The notes under the pieces: model-generated | Database searches by the model: none | Seen by the model: the letters and a program-made list of their open reading frames with translations, nothing else | Told to the model about the DNA's origin: nothing | NCBI GenBank assembly: GCA_030447685.1 | Contig: JAUJOK010000009.1 | Span: 4,543-68,542 of the forward strand | Length of the DNA: 64,000 nucleotides | Source: Armatimonadaceae bacterium | Lineage (GTDB): Bacteria; Armatimonadota; Armatimonadia; Armatimonadales; Armatimonadaceae | Direction of reading: 5' to 3' | Shown: positions 57,984 through 64,000 of the stretch, piece after piece | Position numbering within the stretch: the stretch's first letter is position 1 | Layout of the letters: each line of letters begins with the position of its first letter | Program-made: the position numbers and the translations under genes

Positions 57984-58541
57984 TTATCGATTTTCCTTCT
58001 GACGCCGACGCTGGCGCTGGCGCTGGCGCTGCCAATCACGCAGCGCTATTTGCGCCGAGGGAAAGGCGATCCGTTCCGGCATAGCGTCTGGCGCAAACCA
58101 GGCCAGTTCCCCCACATCGTCATTGGCCCCGGCGGTGCCCCCTGCAACCCCGCAGGCATAGTAGAAGTTCAGGATGTGCTCGCCGCCGTCTTCGCCGTAG
58201 GTGTCCATGTAGACGCCTACCAGATGCTCCACGGCGACTTCCAGCCCCGTTTCTTCACGCAGTTCCCGGCGCACCCCGTCCTCCGGATGCTCCCCCGGCT
58301 CCAGAAAGCCCCCCGGAACGTCCCACCAGCCATGAAACGGGTGAATCACCCGGCGCGCGAGCAGAACGCGCCCCGCCTCATCTTCGACGATACCCGCCGC
58401 CGTCGGCTTGGAGTTGCCCCACTGGACAAAGCCGCACGCAGAACAAACCCGGCGCTCCGGCCCATTGGGATCGGGAATACGCCGGGCTTCAAGTTCCGCC
58501 CGGCAGTACGGGCAAAAAAGAAACGGGCCGCTGCTGCTCAA
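57984..58541 (-). CDS. NUDIX hydrolase with N-terminal zinc ribbon
   Basis: 'FCPYCRAELE...CSACGF' zinc ribbon. NUDIX box 'GGFLEPGEHPEDGVRRELREETGL'. C-terminal (QR)n tail. Confidence 0.85.
   Translation of the reverse strand: MSSSGPFLFCPYCRAELEARRIPDPNGPERRVCSACGFVQWGNSKPTAAGIVEDEAGRVLLARRVIHPFHGWWDVPGGFLEPGEHPEDGVRRELREETGLEVAVEHLVGVYMDTYGEDGGEHILNFYYACGVAGGTAGANDDVGELAWFAPDAMPERIAFPSAQIALRDWQRQRQRQRRRQKENR
58001..58033. repeat. hexanucleotide tandem repeat (GGCGCT/GACGCT)x5 encoding the (QR)n C-terminal tail of the NUDIX protein
   Basis: 'gacgcc gacgct ggcgct ggcgct ggcgct gcc'. In-frame, so length variation would preserve the frame. Confidence 0.6.
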
Positions 58542-58547
58542 GCGTGC

Positions 58548-59513
58548 TTACCAGCCGCGCGCCGCCAGAAGCTCTTTGTCATCCAGCAGGCGAATATCGA
58601 TTCCCACCATCGGCTCGCCCAGCCCGGTCGAAATCTCGACCAATTTCTGGGGATCGTCGGCGTAGGTGACGGCGTCCACGATGCGTTTGGCGCGCTCTGC
58701 CGGGTCGCCGGACTTGAAGATGCCGGAACCGACGAACACCGCCTCCGCGCCTAACTGAACCATCAGCGCCGCGTCGGCGGGCGTCGCCACGCCGCCTGCC
58801 GAGAAGTTGGGCACGGGCAGTTTGCCGGTGCGGTGGATTTCCAGCACCAGATCATACGGAGCCTGAAGGTTTTTGGCCTCGGTCATCAGCTCGGCTTCGT
58901 CCATGCTCTGGATGCGGCGAATGCCCGCCCGCACCGAGCGCATGTGGCGCACAGCCTCGACGACGTTGCCGGTGCCCGCCTCGCCCTTGGTGCGGATCAT
59001 GGCCGCGCCCTCGCCGATGCGGCGCAGCGCCTCGCCCAGATCGCGGCAGCCGCAGACGAAGGGTACCTTGAAATTGTGCTTGTTGATGTGGAACTGCTCG
59101 TCGGCGGGCGTCAGCACCTCGGACTCGTCAATAAAATCGACGCCCAGCGCCTCTAAAATCTGCGCCTCCACAAAGTGCCCGATGCGCGCCTTCGCCATGA
59201 CCGGGATCGTGACCGCCGCCTTGATCTCCTGGATCATCTGCGGGTCGCTCATGCGCGCCACGCCGCCGTGCTTGCGAATGTCCGCGGGTACACGCTCCAG
59301 CGCCATCACCGCAGATGCGCCCGCCTCCTCGGCGATACGCGCCTGCTCGGCGTTGACCACGTCCATGATCACGCCGCCTTTGAGCATCTCCGCCAGCCCG
59401 ACCTTAACACGCCAGGTCGCCTTTTCGGTGGTGCCCGCGCCGTTATCGCTCGCGACCGCAGTCGCCGCCGCCGCACCGTTTTTCGCTGTTCCGTTCGTTC
59501 CCGTATCCGCCAT
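58548..59513 (-). CDS. pdxS: pyridoxal 5'-phosphate synthase lyase subunit PdxS
   Basis: '[75 protein letters not shown]' is the highly conserved PdxS/SNZ core. Confidence 0.9.
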   Translation of the reverse strand: MADTGTNGTAKNGAAAATAVASDNGAGTTEKATWRVKVGLAEMLKGGVIMDVVNAEQARIAEEAGASAVMALERVPADIRKHGGVARMSDPQMIQEIKAAVTIPVMAKARIGHFVEAQILEALGVDFIDESEVLTPADEQFHINKHNFKVPFVCGCRDLGEALRRIGEGAAMIRTKGEAGTGNVVEAVRHMRSVRAGIRRIQSMDEAELMTEAKNLQAPYDLVLEIHRTGKLPVPNFSAGGVATPADAALMVQLGAEAVFVGSGIFKSGDPAERAKRIVDAVTYADDPQKLVEISTGLGEPMVGIDIRLLDDKELLAARGW

Positions 59514-59722
59514 AATCTTTACGCTTTCTCGCCGCCAGTTGCCAAATATTTGCCGATTATTTATCGTTGTCGTCGGTCATTGTACCGCACAAGCGAGGGC
59601 TTTTCAAGGCAGCCGGAACCTTTAACGGGGTGACGGCCATCGGCGCTTCGCCGAGAAAATAAAAGCCCGCCGCGCTGGATAACGCGGCGGGCTGAGATTG
59701 GGCAAAAACCTATAGATTGGTG

Positions 59723-60268
59723 TCAAGCCGCACGGCTGTACAGCCGTCCCCCGTTCTGCGTGAGCACGGCAAGAACCTGATCCCTGCTGACGGCACCGGT
59801 GGCCGTATCCACAGCGATGAAGATGCCGCCCTGCTCGACCGCACTACCGTAATGCTGGGCCTCGTGTTCGTCATAACCGGCTTTGGCGAATAGTCCCGCC
59901 ATTGCCCCGGAGGTGCCGCCCACGATAGCGCCCGCCGCAGCCGCGCCGCCCACTACGCCCAGTTCCGAGGCGAGCCAGCCAGCAGTAATAAAGGGGCCGA
60001 CGCCGGGAATCGCAGCGGCAGCCAGGCCGAACAAGGCACCCGCGCCCGCACCCGCCAAAGCGCCCTTGCCCATGCGCTCGCCCGCGTTGCTCGTGTCCTC
60101 GGCGACGGAGCCGCTGCCTGTTACCGATGTATCGCCCCCGTGCCGGGCGACGACCGAAAGCTGAGCATCGCTCACGCCCAATTGCCGCAGCGCCGTAATA
60201 GCCTGCTCCGCCTGGGGCTGGCTGTCAAAAAGCGCTGTCACGCGGCTGCCCATTGCTGACATTGTCAT
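59723..60268 (-). CDS. general-stress glycine-zipper protein (YflT/DUF1269-like)
   Basis: 181 aa; 'F.SQPQAEQAITALRQLGV' N-terminal domain and Gly/Ala-zipper 'GALAGAGAGALFGLAAAAIPGVGPFITAGWLASELGVVGGAAAAGAIVGG'. Confidence 0.65.
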   Translation of the reverse strand: MTMSAMGSRVTALFDSQPQAEQAITALRQLGVSDAQLSVVARHGGDTSVTGSGSVAEDTSNAGERMGKGALAGAGAGALFGLAAAAIPGVGPFITAGWLASELGVVGGAAAAGAIVGGTSGAMAGLFAKAGYDEHEAQHYGSAVEQGGIFIAVDTATGAVSRDQVLAVLTQNGGRLYSRAA

Positions 60269-60360
60269 GGATTTTCATTCCTCCTGATAGGTTTTGTCGG
60301 TTCTCCGGGACAAGCCACCTTTGCCTGACCGGAGTGTGTTTTGGGTTATCGAGAGTACGA

Positions 60361-60573
60361 TTACTTGGATGTCGTCTTCACGATAGCCAGCGCCAGGAAC
60401 ATCCCGACAACGAGGCCCAGAAAAGCGCCTCCAGCCATTCCGATTCCCCAGCCTGCCGCGCCGCCTGCCGCAAGGCCGACGGTCCCACCAACGGTCGCGC
60501 CCGCCTGCGTCCCCGCAACCGTACCCGTGCTTGCCGCCTGTGCCTCGTCGTGGGCCTTGTCTTCGTCCGCCAT
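60361..60573 (-). CDS. small glycine-zipper membrane protein
   Basis: 70 aa 'GLAAGGAAGWGIGMAGGAFLGLVVGMFLALAIV'. Confidence 0.45.
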   Translation of the reverse strand: MADEDKAHDEAQAASTGTVAGTQAGATVGGTVGLAAGGAAGWGIGMAGGAFLGLVVGMFLALAIVKTTSK

Positions 60574-60669
60574 TCTCTACTCACTTTCCGCCGCCGTATC
60601 TACTGCGGCACCAAAATCAGGGCATTGGATAATGCCTGTTCTTCTTCCGATTGCACCCGAACGGGAAGC

Positions 60670-60924
60670 CTAAGGCCGAGCCACCGGGTCACGATGAACC
60701 ACATTGGTTGCGGGACGCCGAAGTCCCAATAGACCGGCCAGTCCCAACAACCCAAGCCACCCAAGGTCAGGCCCCCGTTCTTCCTGGGTGGTCGTAGTGG
60801 TCGTGCCGGCGGTGCCGCCGCCACCGGTGCCGCCGCCTGCATCCTGAGCCATTGCCGGGCCGAAGCTCGTCAAGCCTATGATAGCTCCCCCTGCCAGAAT
60901 GCGCGAAATCCATCTCCTGCTCAT
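60670..60924 (-). CDS. small signal-peptide Gly/Thr-rich protein with a C-terminal hydrophobic-plus-RR tail (possible sorting signal)
   Basis: 'MSRRWISRILAGGAIIGLTSFGPAMAQDAGGGTGGGGTAGTTTTTTQEERGPDLGWLGLLGLAGLLGLRRP'. Confidence 0.35.
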   Translation of the reverse strand: MSRRWISRILAGGAIIGLTSFGPAMAQDAGGGTGGGGTAGTTTTTTQEERGPDLGWLGLLGLAGLLGLRRPATNVVHRDPVARP

Positions 60925-61743
60925 AACCTGTCTCCTTATCTCCGGTCACAATGTTTTTTCTGCTTGTTAAGACCGGATTAACGAACCGCCTTTTATCAGC
61001 GTGTCCCAACTCGCCAGTCCGATATACCCTACCGAAAGTTTTTGAAAACACCTGCCTATAGCGTCGGATAACTATTAAGCAGAGGCTCTTGTAGGCTAAG
61101 AAAATGTCTTATCCGCAATGTTTCCATATAGATCCGACAGTTAGCTCTCCTCCTTCGTTAGTGGTCGGATGGAAGTCAACTTCGGGAGGCTTCCTCCAAC
61201 AGTTCCAGTTCTCTTGCTGTCGGCATCAATGATCACCAGAGTCGTTTACAAGAGAACGTCTTATACGACACACAATCCTGATGCGGCAGACAAAGGACCA
61301 GCCCAGGCGCTGCACCACACAGTTTTGAGACTGACGCCGGTATCCGTTACTTTATTCCTGAAGACCCACCTTTTTTCGGTTGGCCGCGAACCCCCGAACA
61401 CCATAACTGGTGGTACTATCGAGACGAGGGCATGTTGCACGCGACTGGAAGCACGGGTTCTATGAAGGATCATCACAAGACGTACTCTTTAGACAGATAT
61501 GAAGCGTCCAGTTTTAGTGCTAAACAGAAGTTTTTCTTTTACTGTGAGGAGCAAAAATGCCCGGCCTATCTCACCTGAAATAGTAGCAGGGCCGCATGCG
61601 GGCGAGTTCACTATTCTGCGCGAAGTAAAAAGCGAAAACGGCGCGTGGATTTACCGGCTCAGTAAGACTGGCTCAGGCGTCAACCACGTCGTTCAAAAGA
61701 CGCTGGGCCAGTAGAGAAAATAGATCTGTAAAGGAGCGTTATC

Positions 61744-62688
61744 ATGAATCGTATTACGTCGCCTCCCTTGCTGAAAGGCATAATGACACTACTCACTGCG
61801 GCTTGTGCCCTTGCCACTGTACCGGCAACTGCACAAGAGCAATTGCTTGACTTAGAGATGGAGATTACTAAGAAAACCGTCTCTTTGGGAGAGCCTATCA
61901 TTCTTGACTATAAGATTATCAACTCTTCCTCCTCTGACGAGGCGTACATCCACTTAGGGGAGTTTAGCAAGTGGTGGTTGACGATAAGTCTGGTGGACGA
62001 GGCGGGCCGTGAAGCACCGGCCATCAAGGCCATACCCCCACCGGGGAAACAGGCCCTTCAGGGTCGCGCAGCCTTCATTTCCCCGATGAGCGGCTTTCCA
62101 GGGCATTTCATAGTCAATCAATGGTTTGTTGTTTCACGCCCCGGCAACTACCGCCTTAACGTGCATGCACGATTGAATTATGTGCTGGGATCACACGCCC
62201 GGCGGGTCACTCAGGAGCAACTGGCGAAGGGTTCTGACACCGCACTAACGCGTGATTACTCGTTCCCTATCGTTGTTACGAGAAGAGAACCTGCCCGCCT
62301 GCGCGCCGTGGCCGAATCGCTTCGCGCGGCGCTATCCGAGGCTAAAGGTCATCAAACGCGGCGGCTGGTTGAAGCATTATTCACTATGCCTGCCGCCTAC
62401 GCAGCACCCAGTTGGCAGGAATTAATTAATGATCCGGAACGTCCTATTGATATTCAAAGCTCGGTCACAGGGCGATTGGCGCGTTTCCCCTCGCTGGAAG
62501 CCGCTGACTTCCTTACCTGGATAGCCTGGAGTTCTAAGATACCGGAGCATACCAGACCAGGAGTAAAGAACATCTTGAGGAGGTTCCACGAAAAAGGCAA
62601 CGCCAACCTCAAGCAGCACGTCGAGCAGATTTTCATAAGAATAGAGGGAAAGATGCCCCCGCATACTCCTACGGAGTACGGCTACTGA
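61744..62688 (+). CDS. secreted hypothetical protein on a low-GC (about 50%) patch
   Basis: 314-aa ORF; signal 'MTLLTAACALATVPATAQE'. Long ORF in AT-richer DNA (60.95-62.8 kb), distinct from the roughly 66% GC surroundings. Confidence 0.6.
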   Translation: MNRITSPPLLKGIMTLLTAACALATVPATAQEQLLDLEMEITKKTVSLGEPIILDYKIINSSSSDEAYIHLGEFSKWWLTISLVDEAGREAPAIKAIPPPGKQALQGRAAFISPMSGFPGHFIVNQWFVVSRPGNYRLNVHARLNYVLGSHARRVTQEQLAKGSDTALTRDYSFPIVVTRREPARLRAVAESLRAALSEAKGHQTRRLVEALFTMPAAYAAPSWQELINDPERPIDIQSSVTGRLARFPSLEAADFLTWIAWSSKIPEHTRPGVKNILRRFHEKGNANLKQHVEQIFIRIEGKMPPHTPTEYGY

Positions 62689-62846
62689 GACATAAAAAAC
62701 GGGTGTTCCTCTCTACCGTGGGCAGTTGTACGAAGCGCCGGGAAGTCTCGGCGCTTCGACTTTTTCCGCCTGTCTCTTTAGCCTCCCTATGCCCCGGCAA
62801 CCCAGTGTCAGGCCGTTTCTGATTATGCGGCTTTCCTGTCTCCCGG

Positions 62847-63098
62847 TCACAGAAGGCCGAGCAGATCATCGAATGCGCCGGATTCGATTTCGCGGCTGAC
62901 TTCCGTCCAGAATACGAAGGTCGCGCCGCGCTCGTCGTGGCCGCTGACGCGGTAGGTAGCGATCAACTCCTCCAGGCGGCGCGTGACGGCGGCCAGCGTC
63001 TGCGGGTCGCGGGCATCGGAGCGGCGGGGCGACGCGCCGGGGCGCTGTTTCAGCAGATCATAGGCACGCACGGCGGCGACGGATAAACGCAGGGACAC
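62847..63098 (-). CDS. small hypothetical protein (about 83 aa)
   Basis: 'VSLRLSVAAVRAYDLLKQRPG...ELIATYRVSGHDERGATFVFWTEVSREIESGAFDDLLGLL'; 'ggagg' 7 nt before the GTG. The longer 302-aa version of this ORF is antisense noise. Confidence 0.4.
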   Translation of the reverse strand: MSLRLSVAAVRAYDLLKQRPGASPRRSDARDPQTLAAVTRRLEELIATYRVSGHDERGATFVFWTEVSREIESGAFDDLLGLL

Positions 63099-63125
63099 GG
63101 CAAAACCTCCGGTACAATATACGGC

Positions 63126-63698
63126 ATGAACGATACGCCATTGACAAAAACGCGTGACGATGCCTGGAAACTTTTGACGGAGTGGACGCAGTCGGAGTCG
63201 CTGCGAAAGCACGCGCTGGCCGTGGAGGCGGCGATGCGCGGCGCGGCCCGCCGGGCGAATGCCGATCAGGAACTGTGGGGCCTGACCGGACTGCTGCACG
63301 ATTTCGATTACGAGCGTTACCCCGATCCGCCCGACCACCCGACGAAAGGGGCGGAAGTGCTGCGCGCCCAGGGCTGGCCGGAGGAGATGGTTAACGCCAT
63401 TCTCGGTCACGCCACCTACACCGGCGTTGCCCGCGAAACGCCGCTGGCGAAGGCGCTTTTCGCCGTGGATGAACTGGCCGGCTTCCTGACCGCCGTCGCC
63501 TATGTACGCCCCAGCAAGTCGCTGGCCGAGGTGGAGGTGGCGTCGGTGAAGAAGAAGCTGAAGGACAAGGCGTTCGCTCGCTCGGTTTCCCGCGATGACA
63601 TCACGCAGGGCGCGGCGGAACGGGGCGTCGATCTGGACACGCATATCGCCCACGTTCTGGCCGACCTTCAGGCCGCCGCCCCGACACTGGGACTGTAG
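63126..63698 (+). CDS. HD-domain phosphohydrolase family protein
   Basis: 'HALAVEAAM...LTGLLHDFDYE' HD motif. 'tacaat' 6 nt before the ATG (possibly a leaderless or short-leader transcript). Confidence 0.8.
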   Translation: MNDTPLTKTRDDAWKLLTEWTQSESLRKHALAVEAAMRGAARRANADQELWGLTGLLHDFDYERYPDPPDHPTKGAEVLRAQGWPEEMVNAILGHATYTGVARETPLAKALFAVDELAGFLTAVAYVRPSKSLAEVEVASVKKKLKDKAFARSVSRDDITQGAAERGVDLDTHIAHVLADLQAAAPTLGL

Positions 63699-63781
63699 CC
63701 GCCCTCTCCAGTTTCCCGCGATAACCGCCGATATTTTTACCGGTATCCGGCGCATGTTTCGCGCGAAGGGGAGAGAAGGGT

Positions 63782-64000
63782 TATGCGGCTGCTAAACAAG
63801 CGACTATTCCTGGGTGCGAACGGCGAACGAGCGGATCGCAGCATCGCCATCGCTCTGTTCCTGCTGGTTTTCGGCGTCTACGGCGCGACGCTGTGCCGCA
63901 CCCTCTATACCGGCGACGACGGCGACTTTATCACCGCCATGTCCACGTTCGGCGTCGCCCATCCGACGGGCTATCCGCTCTTCACGCTGCTGGGCCGACT
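63782..64000 (+). CDS. DUF2723/glycosyltransferase-39-like membrane protein, N-terminal part (continues beyond the window)
   Basis: 'LFLLVFGVYGATLCRTLYTGDDGDFITAMSTFGVAHPTGYPLFTLLG' matches the conserved N-terminus of DUF2723-family proteins. RBS 'aaggggagagaagg'. Confidence 0.6.

Noticed and set aside
58050-59625. 234-aa and 250-aa plus-strand ORFs
   Set aside because: Antisense to NUDIX and pdxS.
62847-63755. 302-aa minus-strand ORF
   Set aside because: Only the C-terminal 83 aa (62847-63098) look protein-like; upstream part is antisense to the HD-domain gene.

Overview
High-GC (about 65-68%) bacterial chromosomal segment, probably from a diderm (TolC-type outer membrane factors and RND pumps are present). 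I could not recognise any rRNA, tRNA or CRISPR array by eye.

Gene content in order:
- 1-4.8 kb: a beta-helix protein C-terminus, a creatininase-family amidohydrolase, an enolase-superfamily enzyme and an acetylxylan-esterase-like alpha/beta hydrolase.
- 5.1-8.0 kb: a membrane PAS-PAS-GGDEF-EAL c-di-GMP sensor gene interrupted by one in-frame TAG.
- 8.05-11.2 kb: a lower-GC stretch of decayed, frameshifted ORF fragments around an intact LuxR/GerE solo HTH gene.
- 11.3-15.7 kb: NfeD/YqiJ-like (frameshifted) plus flotillin, a clean bidirectional terminator, then an orphan FlhB-C-terminal-like plus FliK-like gene pair.
- 15.8-20.6 kb: phosphoglucomutase, a small membrane protein, DUF952, MscS, and hrcA-grpE behind a consensus sigma70 promoter.
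- 20.6-24.9 kb: a membrane protein, DUF4129, and heavily degraded DUF4350 and MoxR genes.
- 25.1-46.1 kb: the most notable structure. An MFS transporter gene appears to have been targeted by a roughly 19.6 kb heavy-metal-resistance island.
  - Its 3' third (about 25.96-26.64 kb) is a low-GC foreign replacement.
  - The displaced native 3' end survives at 45.5-46.1 kb.
  - The same 10-bp sequence sits at both junctions.
  - Cargo: a BlaI/CopY-type repressor plus a sensor-domain-less BlaR1-like M56 protease, two divergent czcCBA-type OMF/MFP/RND tripartite efflux systems (the second RND gene is frameshifted), a CzcD CDF transporter, a Tat-secreted DUF1259 protein, an HNH endonuclease, a truncated MFS fragment and a Cys-rich secreted ORF.
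  - A 17-bp palindrome containing TTGACA lies upstream of both blaI and the first czcC.
- 46.2-53.4 kb: ferredoxin-type nitrite/sulfite reductase with a strong promoter, a TPR protein, a vapBC-like TA cassette inserted immediately downstream of selB and flanked by 68-bp direct repeats of the selB 3' end, selB, and a lipoprotein.
- 53.5-64.0 kb: secreted and membrane hypotheticals, a frameshifted LuxE-like acyl-protein synthetase, a beta-propeller protein, pdxT-NUDIX-pdxS, glycine-zipper stress proteins, a low-GC patch carrying a secreted protein, an HD-domain protein and a partial DUF2723-like gene.

Caveat: three of the apparent frameshifts sit in G/C homopolymer runs, so part of the gene breakage may be sequencing or assembly indel error rather than biology.
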